Source of the DNA: an uncultured Alcaligenaceae bacterium
GTDB taxonomy: Bacteria > Pseudomonadota > Gammaproteobacteria > Burkholderiales > Casimicrobiaceae
Direction of reading: 5' to 3'
NCBI GenBank assembly: GCA_964439475.1
Contig: CAYTOT010000006.1
Coordinates: 18,104-82,103, forward strand
DNA: 64,000 bases
Shown here: positions 10,963-20,356 of the stretch, one piece after another
Numbering within the stretch: position 1 is the stretch's first letter
Layout: each line of letters starts with the position of its first letter
The notes under the pieces: generated by a model
What the model was told of the DNA's origin: nothing
The model's database searches: none
What the model saw: the letters and a program-made list of their open reading frames with translations, nothing else
Program-made: the position numbers and the translations under genes

Positions 10963-11379
10963 CTAGTTCCGGACGCCCGTCGCGTTCCCCGCGTTCTTCC
11001 CCGGCGTGGCCCTGGCGGGAGGCGCGGGGGAGCGACGGGGCGGTTCCGCAGCGGGGGATTGCGTTCCGGCCCCGACCGAGATACCCGGCGGCATGTCACC
11101 CATCGCTTCGAGGTTGATGCGGGTATCGGAACCGGCGCCTGCGATGAACTCGAGGCGCGGGCAAGCGTCGGCCTCCATGGCGATCATGTGCTCGTTGCGC
11201 GCGCGCAGCGCCTTGCGCTCGCTGGCGCCGGCATCGCTGAGATCCACGGGCGGGAAGATGTCCCGGTAGACGACGTTGCCGCTGCGGTCGATCAGGAGAT
11301 AGCAGGTCACGGCGGCGGCGGGCGTCGCGGTGAGTGCGACGGTGGAGGCGAGCGCAACGGCGAAGATCGAACGGACCAT
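10963..11379 (-). CDS. Small secreted hypothetical protein
   Basis: Signal peptide, then VTCYLLIDRSGNVVYRDIFPPVDLS, a Cys pair and a Pro/Ala-rich tail. Confidence 0.65.
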   Translation of the reverse strand: MVRSIFAVALASTVALTATPAAAVTCYLLIDRSGNVVYRDIFPPVDLSDAGASERKALRARNEHMIAMEADACPRLEFIAGAGSDTRINLEAMGDMPPGISVGAGTQSPAAEPPRRSPAPPARATPGKNAGNATGVRN

Positions 11380-11697
11380 GAGCGAGCCCCGGTGTGCCGA
11401 ATGGGCAGATCATACCCGCGAACGCGCGAGCTTCGAGCCTGCCTGCGGCTCCGCGACGAGGGACGACGCCGACGACCGCATCGACGCACTCGCGCAGGCC
11501 GGCGTCACGCACCTCCTCCCCGGGCACCTGACGCCGCCCGGCTGACGGGCCGCGCGGGCGCTGCCGTCGCGCGCCGGCCACCGTCCCGATGCCGTTCCTT
11601 CGAGGCGGAACGCTCGGGGAACGCACCCCCGCGCAAAGTCCGTCCCGCGCAATCCCTGCGCTGCCACCGCGAAGGAAGCCCTGTGGAATCCGTTGTC

Positions 11698-12648
11698 ATG
11701 GAAGCCCCGTCGACGCGCCACGCGTCGACCACCGAACGCTATGCGACGTGCATCGAGACCAGCAAGCGCATCCGCTGGGACATCGATCGCGACGTCATCC
11801 GCGGCCGCGAGCTCGACTTTTCTAAGAAGTTCATGCCGGACGGCCTGTCCAAGGTACGCGACCTGACGTTCCTCGCGCCGTCCGAAGCCCGGTTCTTCTC
11901 GCAGGTCCAGGGCCGCACCTACGCGAACATGTTCGCGCTCGTCGAGCGCTACATAGGCGCCAAGACGATCGACCTCTCGAAGTCGCATGCGCTTGGCGAC
12001 CAGGTGGCGCTCGAAGCGCTGATCCGCTTCGCGGACGAGGAACTCAAGCACCAGCGCCTCTTCCGCAGGCTCGAGGGCATGGCGGCCAAGGGCATGCCGG
12101 AAGGCTACCGGTTCGTGCCCGATGCCAACGACGTCGCGGACGCGATACTGTCGAAATGCAACTGGGCGGTGCTCGCCTTGACGCTCGACATCGAGATCTT
12201 CTCGCAGGCCCACTATCGCGCGAGCATCGAGTCCGACACCCACCTCTCCGACCTGTGGAGGGACGTCTTCCTCTACCACTGGAAGGAGGAGTCGCAGCAC
12301 GCGATCATGGACGAGATCGAGTGGCGCGCCGAGGACGCCCGCCTGACGCCGCGCCAGCGCGACACGGGAGTCACCGAGCTGATCGCCCTGGTCGGGGCCG
12401 TCGACGGCATCGTCCAGGCGCAGGCTGCCGCCGACGCGCACTACTTCATCACGAACGCCGGCCCGGTGTACTCCGACGTCGAGCGCACCCTGATCGAGGA
12501 AGGGTTCCTGCGTGCCTACCGCTGGCAGTACGTCGTGAGCGGCGCGCAGGAGCCGCGGTTCGCCGAGGTACTGAAGGCACTGGCGACGCCTGCACAGATG
12601 GATCGCATCGGCGCGGCGCTGACGCCGATCGTCGAAGCGGCGGCGTGA
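11698..12648 (+). CDS. Ferritin-like (diiron-carboxylate) protein, AurF-like fold
   Basis: Two ExxH motifs (DEELKHQ, EESQHA) with upstream Glu residues (LVERY, DIEIFS). 3' part of the 582-aa track ORF. Confidence 0.75.
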   Translation: MEAPSTRHASTTERYATCIETSKRIRWDIDRDVIRGRELDFSKKFMPDGLSKVRDLTFLAPSEARFFSQVQGRTYANMFALVERYIGAKTIDLSKSHALGDQVALEALIRFADEELKHQRLFRRLEGMAAKGMPEGYRFVPDANDVADAILSKCNWAVLALTLDIEIFSQAHYRASIESDTHLSDLWRDVFLYHWKEESQHAIMDEIEWRAEDARLTPRQRDTGVTELIALVGAVDGIVQAQAAADAHYFITNAGPVYSDVERTLIEEGFLRAYRWQYVVSGAQEPRFAEVLKALATPAQMDRIGAALTPIVEAAA

Positions 12649-12650
12649 CC

Positions 12651-13424
12651 ATGGCGACGCGCATCCCCTCGGTCGTGATGCTGCACGCGAGTGCGAGCTC
12701 GGCGCGCCAGTGGCAACCGCTCGCCGCGGCGCTGGCGCCGGAATGTCGCGTGCACGCGATCGACCTGCATGGCCACGGCGAGCGATCGCCGTGGCGGGAC
12801 GCACGTCCCCTCTCGCTTGCGGACGAGGTGGCCCTCGTGGTGCCGCTTCTCGCCCGAGAGGGAGACGTGCACCTGGTCGGCCACTCCTACGGCGGCGCGG
12901 TCGCGCTCAAGGTCGCCGCGATGTATCCCCGGCAGGTGCGCAGCCTGACGGTGTACGAGCCGGTGATGTTCCGCTGGCTCGTCGCCGCGCGGGCGGCGGA
13001 AGTCGCCGACGTGATCGGTGTGGCCGACGCCATTCGCCGTCACCTGGCGCTCGGGGCCGCCGCCGATGCCGCGCAGGTGTTCATCGACTTCTGGTCGGGG
13101 CAAGGCGCGTGGCAGTCGATGGCTGCGCCGCGCCGTGAGTCGATCGTCGCCCGCATGGAATCGGTGGCGGCACACTTCGCGGCCCTGCTGGCCGAGCCGC
13201 TCGCGGTGAGCGACATCGCACGCCTCGGCATCCCCACGATGGTGCTCACCGGCGCCCGCACCGTGCCCGTGATGCATCGGATGGCGACGATGCTGCGAGG
13301 TGCGCTGCATGCGCGCCATCGCGAAGTGGCAGGGGCCGGTCACATGGGCCCGATGACTCACGCGGATCTCGTGAATCGGGAGATACTCGGCTTCCTCGAA
13401 GCGGACGCGCGTCTCGCGGCATGA
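12651..13424 (+). CDS. Alpha/beta hydrolase
   Basis: MLHASASS oxyanion region, nucleophile motif GHSYGG, C-terminal GHMGP. Starts 3 nt after the ferritin-like gene. Confidence 0.88.
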   Translation: MATRIPSVVMLHASASSARQWQPLAAALAPECRVHAIDLHGHGERSPWRDARPLSLADEVALVVPLLAREGDVHLVGHSYGGAVALKVAAMYPRQVRSLTVYEPVMFRWLVAARAAEVADVIGVADAIRRHLALGAAADAAQVFIDFWSGQGAWQSMAAPRRESIVARMESVAAHFAALLAEPLAVSDIARLGIPTMVLTGARTVPVMHRMATMLRGALHARHREVAGAGHMGPMTHADLVNREILGFLEADARLAA

Positions 13425-13460
13425 CGGTGCGGTGGAACGGGGCGGTCCGGATACCGTCGG

Positions 13461-14633
13461 CTAGCGCCGGGCGAGGCCGAGAGCGAACGTCACGGATAGC
13501 AGGGCGGCGACCGTGGCGAGCGCGAATGCACCGTTGGGCCCGAAGCGCTCGATGAGCGCGCCGCCGAGCGCCATCCCGCAGCCCACGCCGGTGACGATCG
13601 CCGTCTGCGACCAGGTGAACGCCTCGGTGACGTAGATCGACGGCGCATAGCGGGACACGAGCAGTGTCGCGCCGGTGAGCGACGGCGCGATCATGAGGCC
13701 GGCGAGGAAGGCGAGCACCGCGAGCCCCCACGGATTGATGGTGAAGAGGTGCAGCGCCAGCGGCACCGCCAGCAGGCCGACCGACAGCGGAATCTGGCGC
13801 TCGACCGGGCGGGACAGGTGCATCGCACCGTAGGCGAGCCCGCCCAGCGCGCTGCCCACCGAACACACCGCGATCAGCGCCGGTCCCCATGCCGCGATGT
13901 CGATGGCCCCGGCAAAGCCGGGATAGCCGACCTCGATCGTGCCGAACGACACGGCCAGCGCGAACGTGGTCGCGTAGAGCACCAGGAGCTTGCGTGTGCG
14001 CAGGGGGCCAAGCAGGTCGCGTGCAACCGTGACGGGTGCCTTCCACCAGCGCAAGCCGCCGGAGGCCACCAGCAGCGGAACCGCGCACAGGGTGAACAGG
14101 AAGGCGAGCAGGTGCGCGGCGCGCGGCGTGGCCACCGCCACCAGCCAGCCCACCAGTGCGGGCCCCAGCGTGAAGGTCAGCTCGATGCCGACGGAGTCGA
14201 TCGCGTAGGCCGTGCGCCGGCGGGACTCGTCCTCGAACCGGTAGCGCCACAGCGTGCGGACCAGTGTCGGAATCGGCGGCGTGAACGCGCCGGTGGCGAT
14301 CGCGGCGACAAGGATCGACGCTCGCGTCAGATCGAGCGGGCCGGCGAAGTAGACGAGGAGGATCGCGGCGGGCGCCACCAGCGCGGTCACCGCCAGCACG
14401 CCGTAGGGCCCACGCCGGTCGATGATCCGCCCGAACACGGGCGCCATCGCCGCGGTGGCCACCATCTGCGCGCCGACCACGCTGCCGGCGAAGGCGATCG
14501 ACCCGGTCAGTGCCTGGACGTGCAGGAGCGTGGCAAGGCCGAGCGTGCCGATCGGCAAGCGCGCGAGGAACGCGAGCGCGGTGAACCGCGGCACGCCCGG
14601 CGCGGCGAAAAGCGTCGTGTATGCGGAGAGCAA
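13461..14633 (-). CDS. MFS transporter; start uncertain
   Basis: About 12 TM segments with motif A FGRIIDRRG. TTG start inferred within the 1014-aa track ORF. Confidence 0.8.
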   Translation of the reverse strand: MLSAYTTLFAAPGVPRFTALAFLARLPIGTLGLATLLHVQALTGSIAFAGSVVGAQMVATAAMAPVFGRIIDRRGPYGVLAVTALVAPAAILLVYFAGPLDLTRASILVAAIATGAFTPPIPTLVRTLWRYRFEDESRRRTAYAIDSVGIELTFTLGPALVGWLVAVATPRAAHLLAFLFTLCAVPLLVASGGLRWWKAPVTVARDLLGPLRTRKLLVLYATTFALAVSFGTIEVGYPGFAGAIDIAAWGPALIAVCSVGSALGGLAYGAMHLSRPVERQIPLSVGLLAVPLALHLFTINPWGLAVLAFLAGLMIAPSLTGATLLVSRYAPSIYVTEAFTWSQTAIVTGVGCGMALGGALIERFGPNGAFALATVAALLSVTFALGLARR

Positions 14634-14909
14634 GACGGGGACGTCGAGGCTGGTCGCGGCCGATGCCGCGCGAGCGCGAATCCTAGCAGCGAGCCGTCCG
14701 ACGATGCATCCGGCCTGCCATGCCCCGCTTGCTAGAATCCGGCCTCGACGGCCGGAAGCGGCCATGAGCCCCAGGACAGGATTTGCGAGCAGATGCAGCG
14801 TCATCACGACGGCGGGCCCGCCGGCAGTTGCGGCAGGACCTGCCTTGCGGGCGGCCTTCGGCCGCCGCTTCACCCCGCCGGGCCTGACCGACGTCCCGGG
14901 ACGTCCCTC

Positions 14910-16562
14910 GTGTTGAGGACATTCATCTCGATCGTGCTCGCGACACTCGTCGCGGGGACGTGCGTCCTCGCCGCTCCCGAGGCGCTCGCCGCGAGCGGTG
15001 TCCCGGAAACGCCCGCCACCGAGGCGTACGTGGCCAAGCACGCTCTCGTGCCCGAGGCGGTGGTCGTGTTCAACCGGCCGATCGTGACCTTCCGGTCGCC
15101 GCTCCTGTCGACATCCGTCGAACGCCGCGCCGAGGCGGCGTCCGAGCGGATCCGGACGATGCTCGCCAAGCCTGGCGAGCACCGGGTCACCGTCGAGAAC
15201 GAGGCGCAGGGAAGCGTCGTGAAGATCGACGGGGAACTCGCGTTCGGCATCGTCAACGACGACGTCGAGGGACTCGGCCCGGAGGCACTCGCCGGGGCGG
15301 CCGCCGACGCCGCGCGCTCCCTCGAGACGGTGATTGCCGAGATGAGCGAGGCGCGCGATCCGCGCGCGATCCTGCGATCGGTGGGCTGGACGCTCGCGGC
15401 AACCGCGCTCTGGCTCGCGCTGCTCTGGGCCACGTTCCGGATCATGAACGGCACATCGAGGCGCATCGCCGCCTACGCGGAGCGCAAGGGCGCGGACCTT
15501 CACCGTGCGAGCGCCGAGATCGTCAATCGCGACCAGGTCGTCTCGATCGCCAGGGGGGTGACGCGCGTTCTGTTCTGGATCGTCGCGCTGCTCGTCACCT
15601 ACCAATGGCTGGGTTACGCGCTGACGCGCTTTCCGTACACGCGACCCTGGGGCGAAGGGCTCGCGCACTTCCTCGTCGACACCTTCTTCGGGATGCTGTC
15701 GTCGATCGCGAACTCGATCCCCGGCCTCGTCGTGGCGATCGTCGTCTTCGTCATCGCCCGGCTGGTGCAACGCCTGCTCCAGCGATTCTTCGACAGCGTG
15801 CAGTCGCAGCGTCTGCGCGTCTCGTGGATCGACGCCGATTCGGCGCAGCCCACGCGGCGGCTCGTCATCATCGCCGTATGGCTGTTCGCGGCGGCCATGG
15901 CGTATCCCTACCTTCCGGGCGCGGGGACCGATGCGTTCAAGGGCCTCACCGTGCTGCTGGGCCTCATGGTGTCGGTCGGCGCGTCCGGGATCGTGGGGCA
16001 GGCCGCGAGCGGGCTGATCCTCATGTACACGCACACCTACCGCGCCGGCGACTTCGTGCGTGTCGGCGACCACGAGGGGACGGTGGCATCGCTCGGGCTC
16101 TTCACGACGCGGGTGCGCACCGGCATGGGTGAGGAGCTGACCTTCCCCAACGCGATGGTGCTCGGCGTGGTCACGAAGAACTACTCGCGCTCGGTGCGCC
16201 ACCCAGGCTTCGTCGTCGACGCCTCCGTGACGATCGGCTACGACACGCCCTGGCGCCAGGTCCACGCCATGCTGATCGAGGCAGCGCGGCGCACCGACGG
16301 CGTGCTCGCCGACCCGCGTCCGATCGTCTTCCAGGTGGCGCTGTCGGACTTCTACGTCGAGTACAAGCTGGTATGCCAGGCGCTGCCGGCCGATCCGCGC
16401 CCGCGGGCGCTCGTCGTTTCGGCCCTGCTCGAGCACATCCAGGACGTGTTCAACGAGAACGGCGTGCAGATCATGTCGCCGCACTACCTGGACGATCCGG
16501 AACACGCGAAGGTCGTGCCGAAGGGCGACTGGTACGCCCCGCCGGCGAAGCCGCCGGCCTGA
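14910..16562 (+). CDS. MscS-family mechanosensitive channel with large periplasmic N-domain
   Basis: Signal/TM segment, then GLILMYTHTYRAGDFVRVGDHEGTV...TRVRT...FPNA...VTIGYDTPW...FNENGVQIMSPHY. Confidence 0.88.
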   Translation: MLRTFISIVLATLVAGTCVLAAPEALAASGVPETPATEAYVAKHALVPEAVVVFNRPIVTFRSPLLSTSVERRAEAASERIRTMLAKPGEHRVTVENEAQGSVVKIDGELAFGIVNDDVEGLGPEALAGAAADAARSLETVIAEMSEARDPRAILRSVGWTLAATALWLALLWATFRIMNGTSRRIAAYAERKGADLHRASAEIVNRDQVVSIARGVTRVLFWIVALLVTYQWLGYALTRFPYTRPWGEGLAHFLVDTFFGMLSSIANSIPGLVVAIVVFVIARLVQRLLQRFFDSVQSQRLRVSWIDADSAQPTRRLVIIAVWLFAAAMAYPYLPGAGTDAFKGLTVLLGLMVSVGASGIVGQAASGLILMYTHTYRAGDFVRVGDHEGTVASLGLFTTRVRTGMGEELTFPNAMVLGVVTKNYSRSVRHPGFVVDASVTIGYDTPWRQVHAMLIEAARRTDGVLADPRPIVFQVALSDFYVEYKLVCQALPADPRPRALVVSALLEHIQDVFNENGVQIMSPHYLDDPEHAKVVPKGDWYAPPAKPPA

Positions 16563-16583
16563 GTGGCGCTGCTATCGCCATCC

Positions 16584-16827
16584 CTACACGGCGAGCAGCC
16601 CCCGCACGTTGCCGGCGTCCATGTCGGCGCCGATGCCCTGCGCGACCACCTCGCCGCGCGACATCACGACATAGTGGTCGGCGAGCGACTTCGCGAAGTC
16701 GTAGTACTGCTCGACCAGCAGGATCGTCATCTCGCCGCTGCTCGTGAGAATCGAGCTTCGCGCGCAGCGTCGGCCACACGCGCTTGTCCGCCTTCCTCGC
16801 GAGCTCGAGGTTCTCGAACACGCTGTG
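16584..16827 (-). pseudogene. Deletion scar of urea ABC ATPase genes (internal urtD piece fused to the urtE 3' end)
   Basis: One frame reads HSVFENLELARKADKRVWPTLRAKLDSHEQR (UrtD-like). An adjacent frame continues GEMTILLVEQYYDFAKSLADHYVVMSRGEVVAQG...LLAV* (UrtE C-terminus). No Walker A and no start. Confidence 0.7.
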
Positions 16828-16926
16828 ACGGCGCCAGGTGTCGTGAGCTGCGCCCGCGCGCCTTCGCCGACGTCGACGGCGAGACGCAAGTGATCGCCAC
16901 TCCGCGATGGAGGTAGTATCGAGAGC

Positions 16927-17136
16927 ATGAACGATGCCGACCAGATCGCCCGCCTGACGCACGAGATCGAGGAGGCCGAGCTCTACGAGATCAGGCTGCG
17001 GGCATGCATCGTCGCCATCCGCGACGAACTCGCCGCCGGCCGCACGGCGCGCGCGCTGTCGCTTTGCAACGAGGCACTGAGCGAGTTCGACAACCAGGCG
17101 GACGTCGTCGCGCCGTCCCCGGAACGATCCGGATAG
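16927..17136 (+). CDS. Small helical hypothetical protein (69 aa)
   Basis: GGAGG upstream, GC-biased codons, amphipathic helices. Confidence 0.5.
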   Translation: MNDADQIARLTHEIEEAELYEIRLRACIVAIRDELAAGRTARALSLCNEALSEFDNQADVVAPSPERSG

Positions 17137-17256
17137 GCCCGGGCGCGGCGGGATGGCTGCTTCGGCGGGGCCACGGAGGCGATCCGGCCCGGTCCGCCTC
17201 CCGGTTGTGGCGGCCCCGGCGATCCCAGCCGGTTCCGCATTCGCTAGACTCTCGTC

Positions 17257-17997
17257 GTGTTGCGCGCGATCCTGTCCGACGTCCACGCCAACCTCGAGGC
17301 GCTCGAGGCCTGTCTCGCCCACGCGCGGTCGAGAGGCGCCACGGGCCATGCCTTCCTCGGCGATCTCGTCGGCTACGGCGCGGACGCCGCGGCCGTCGTC
17401 GAGCGCGTGATGCAGCTCGCGTCCGACGGGGCGGTGACGATCAAGGGCAACCACGACGCCGCGATCGAGAAGCGGGACAGCTACTTCAACCACGATGCAC
17501 ACGCGGCGCTGGACTGGGCCGCGAAGACGCTCTCCGACGCGCAGAAGCGCTTCCTCGCGGGCCTGCCGCTGGTCGCCGAAACCCCGTCGGCCTGCTTCGT
17601 GCATGCGTCGGCACGGTCACCGGCGCATTGGACCTACGTCGACAGTCCGGGCGCCGCGGAGATCTGCACGAGGGCCGCCGTTGCGGCGGTGACTTTCTGC
17701 GGCCACGTGCACGACCAGAAGCTCTATTTCGGACAGCCTGATGGGCACATGACGACGTTCACCCCGGTCGCGGGCGTGAACATCCCGGTGAAGGGGCGGC
17801 GCCGCTGGGTCGCCATCGTCGGGTCGGTCGGCCAGCCGCGAGATCGCAACCCGGCGGCCGGCTACGCGCTCTTCGACGACGAGACGCGCGAACTGACCTT
17901 CTTCCGGGTGCCGTACGACCATCACGCGGCCGCGCGCAAGGTGCGAGAGGCGGGATTGCCGGGCAGCCTCGCCTGGCGGATCGAAGCGGGGATCTGA
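17257..17997 (+). CDS. Calcineurin-like metallophosphoesterase
   Basis: SDVHAN, GDLVGYG, GNHD, HAS, GHVH and VGSVGQPRD motifs. Confidence 0.92.
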   Translation: MLRAILSDVHANLEALEACLAHARSRGATGHAFLGDLVGYGADAAAVVERVMQLASDGAVTIKGNHDAAIEKRDSYFNHDAHAALDWAAKTLSDAQKRFLAGLPLVAETPSACFVHASARSPAHWTYVDSPGAAEICTRAAVAAVTFCGHVHDQKLYFGQPDGHMTTFTPVAGVNIPVKGRRRWVAIVGSVGQPRDRNPAAGYALFDDETRELTFFRVPYDHHAAARKVREAGLPGSLAWRIEAGI

Positions 17998-17998
17998 C

Positions 17999-19435
17999 GT
18001 GCCGACGCTGATCACCACCGGCGACACGATCGACGGCTACACCGTCGGCGCGCGCCTGCACGAGGGCGGCAACGGCTACATCTTCCATGCGACCGCCGAT
18101 CCGGAGCGCGATCCCGGATTTCCGCTGGTGATGAAGGTGCCCGGCGTGGGTCCGGGAGAGCCCGCGCTCGGCGTCGTCAGCTTCGAGATCGAAAGCATGA
18201 TCCTTCCGCGGCTCAGGAGCCGCCACGTGCCGCGCGTCGCCGCCGTCGGTGCGGACCCGATGCGGCCCTACATCGTCATGGAAGCCATCGAGGGCACAGG
18301 CGTCGCGGACCTCGTCGAGCGTGCGCCGTTGCCCGCATCGGAGGTCGCGGATCTCGGCGCGGCACTCGCCGACGCCCTCCTCGACGTGCACCGGCAGAAC
18401 GTCGTCCACCACGACATCAAGCCGGAGAACTTCATCCTGAGCGATGGCGCGGCGGTGCTGATCGACTTCGGCCTCGCGCGGCACGCGGAACTGCCCGACC
18501 TCATCGAGGAGCACCGGGGACTGCTGGGTGCCGGTTCGGCGGCGTACGTCTCTCCCGAGCAGCTTGCCGGCACCCGTGGCGACCCCCGCAGCGATCTCTT
18601 CGGCCTGGGAGTCCTGCTCTATCAACTGGCAACGGGTGCGACGCCTTTCGGCGAGCCCGAGACCTTCGAGGGTCTCCTGGACCGTCGCTGGCGCGTACCG
18701 CCGCCGCCACGCGCGATCGTCGACAGCATTCCCGCCTGGCTGCAGGAAGTGATCCTGCTCTGCCTCGAGCCCGACCCGCGTGAGCGCTATCCGTCGGCGG
18801 GGCACGTGGCCTTCGACCTCCGGCATCCGGACGAGGTGAAGCTCACGGCCCGGTCGGAACGCACGGAGTCCGCCGGATTGGGTGAACAACTTCGCAACTG
18901 GTGGCAGGCGAAGGGCGCGCGCGCGGTCACCGTCAGCCCGCGCACGGCGCTATCGCGGATGCCCGTGGTCGTCGTCGCGATCGACACCGCGCACATCGAC
19001 GATCCGCGACACGAGGCGCTGCGCCGCGTGGTGGGCAAGGTCCTGGCGGCCAACGACGACTACCGGCTGCTCCTCGTCTCCGCGATCGAGGCGGCACCGC
19101 TGGGAGAAGGGAGCGCGCTCGACCAGAGCGCGTCCGGCCGCCTGCTCGCCCACCGCCACCTGCTCCGGGCGTGGTTCGCACCGCTCGGGCGCCCGCCGGA
19201 GAAGACCTCGCTCCACGTCGTCGAGTCGTCCGATCCCGCGGACACGATCCTCGGCATGGCGCGCGCCAACAACGCCGACCTGATCGTGCTCGGTGCGCCA
19301 GCGCCGCGCGAACGCACGCTCGCATGGTGGCGATCGACCGCATCGACCGTCGCCGCCGAAGCCCCCTGCAGCGTGCACCTGGTGCGGCTGCCGGGTGCGG
19401 CGCCACCGCCCCCTGCCGCGGCCGACCCGGCTTGA
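17999..19435 (+). CDS. Hanks-type Ser/Thr kinase fused to a C-terminal universal stress protein (USP) domain
   Basis: VMKVP Lys, HHDIKPEN, DFGLA, AYVSPEQ and RSDLFGLG motifs. C-terminal VVVAID...ADLIVLGA...ASTVAAEAPCSVHLV. Confidence 0.92.
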   Translation: MPTLITTGDTIDGYTVGARLHEGGNGYIFHATADPERDPGFPLVMKVPGVGPGEPALGVVSFEIESMILPRLRSRHVPRVAAVGADPMRPYIVMEAIEGTGVADLVERAPLPASEVADLGAALADALLDVHRQNVVHHDIKPENFILSDGAAVLIDFGLARHAELPDLIEEHRGLLGAGSAAYVSPEQLAGTRGDPRSDLFGLGVLLYQLATGATPFGEPETFEGLLDRRWRVPPPPRAIVDSIPAWLQEVILLCLEPDPRERYPSAGHVAFDLRHPDEVKLTARSERTESAGLGEQLRNWWQAKGARAVTVSPRTALSRMPVVVVAIDTAHIDDPRHEALRRVVGKVLAANDDYRLLLVSAIEAAPLGEGSALDQSASGRLLAHRHLLRAWFAPLGRPPEKTSLHVVESSDPADTILGMARANNADLIVLGAPAPRERTLAWWRSTASTVAAEAPCSVHLVRLPGAAPPPPAAADPA

Positions 19436-19693
19436 GAGCGTGCCGCCGTCAGGCGATCACCTCGATGGCCAGATGGAAAATTGGCCAGGGACACAAGCGG
19501 GCAGCGCGGGCCGCCTGTCAGTCGGCAGTCTTTGCGAATCCACGCAGCCACGGCTCAAGGTGTGCGATGTCGAATGTGCTCGACTCGAACATCTCGATCA
19601 TCTCCGCGTGGATTTGCATCGGCGCACGCTGCAAGCGCCACACCACTCGCGTTGCCCGCTTCCCGGATCGCCGGGCCGTGACTACGAAAGGCG

Positions 19694-20014
19694 TTAGGCG
19701 GCCTCCAGCAGGCGCTTGTCGATTGGCTGGATGTCCGCAAGCCGGTCCTGATCTATGGCGATCTCCCACAGGTCACGCGCCGCCTGCATGCGAAGCCAGA
19801 TCTCCGGGGTACCACGCAGCAGCTTGGCGACGCGCGCGGCCATCTCTGGCGTCATCGACCGCTTGCCGTGTAGGAGCTCGGACACACTGAGCCGCGACAC
19901 GCCAAGGCGTTGTGCGAACGCGGTCTGCGTCATCTTGAGCGCAGGCAGCACGTCCTCGCGAAGAATCTCGCCAGGGTGCGTCGGCGCGCGCTGGCGGTCT
20001 CGTAGGCTAGGCAT
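19694..20014 (-). CDS. higA: HigA-family antitoxin (HTH XRE)
   Basis: PTHPGEILREDVL...TQTAFAQRLGVSRLSVSELLHGKRSMTPEMA...WLRMQ. Confidence 0.92.
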   Translation of the reverse strand: MPSLRDRQRAPTHPGEILREDVLPALKMTQTAFAQRLGVSRLSVSELLHGKRSMTPEMAARVAKLLRGTPEIWLRMQAARDLWEIAIDQDRLADIQPIDKRLLEAA

Positions 20015-20295
20015 CAGTGATAATCCTCCAGGTCGACATTAGTCGCGTCTTCGCCATCGAATTGAAACGTGATTCGGCGATTGCCGGTAACCGTGACCGC
20101 ATACGTGCCTGCGCGGTCGCCTTTCAGGCCGTGAAACTTGTACCCCGGGATGCTCATATCCTCAGGTTTCACGGCCACATCAAGCGCGTCGAGCATGCGT
20201 CGAATCCGATCGCCGAACTGCGCCGGAATCCCGCGATGATCATCGCGTCGGAAGAATCGCTCGAGCCCGGAGTGTCGGAATCGCTTGATCATCAC
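20014..20295 (-). CDS. higB: HigB/RelE-family toxin (plasmid maintenance killer type)
   Basis: MIKRFRHSGLERFF...PGYKFHGLKGDRAGTYAVTVTGNRRITFQF...VDLEDYH. Overlaps the higA start. Confidence 0.92.
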   Translation of the reverse strand: MMIKRFRHSGLERFFRRDDHRGIPAQFGDRIRRMLDALDVAVKPEDMSIPGYKFHGLKGDRAGTYAVTVTGNRRITFQFDGEDATNVDLEDYH

Positions 20296-20307
20296 TAGAT
20301 ATGCGAG

Positions 20308-20336
20308 ACATTACGACGTAATCCGATGGATGTCAA
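20308..20336 (-). promoter_or_regulatory. sigma70 promoter of higBA with overlapping operator
   Basis: TTGACA-17 nt-TAATGT on the minus strand. Inverted repeat ATTACG-N-CGTAAT (20310-20322) overlaps the -10. Confidence 0.8.
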
Positions 20337-20356
20337 CAGTGCGATAGCAGCTTGGC

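Noticed and set aside
19518-19690. Possible gene remnant (…IHAEMIEMFESSTFDIAHLEPWLRGFAKTAD*) or attR beyond higA
   Set aside because: No start or RBS, no family recognised, and no tmRNA 3' duplication visible.
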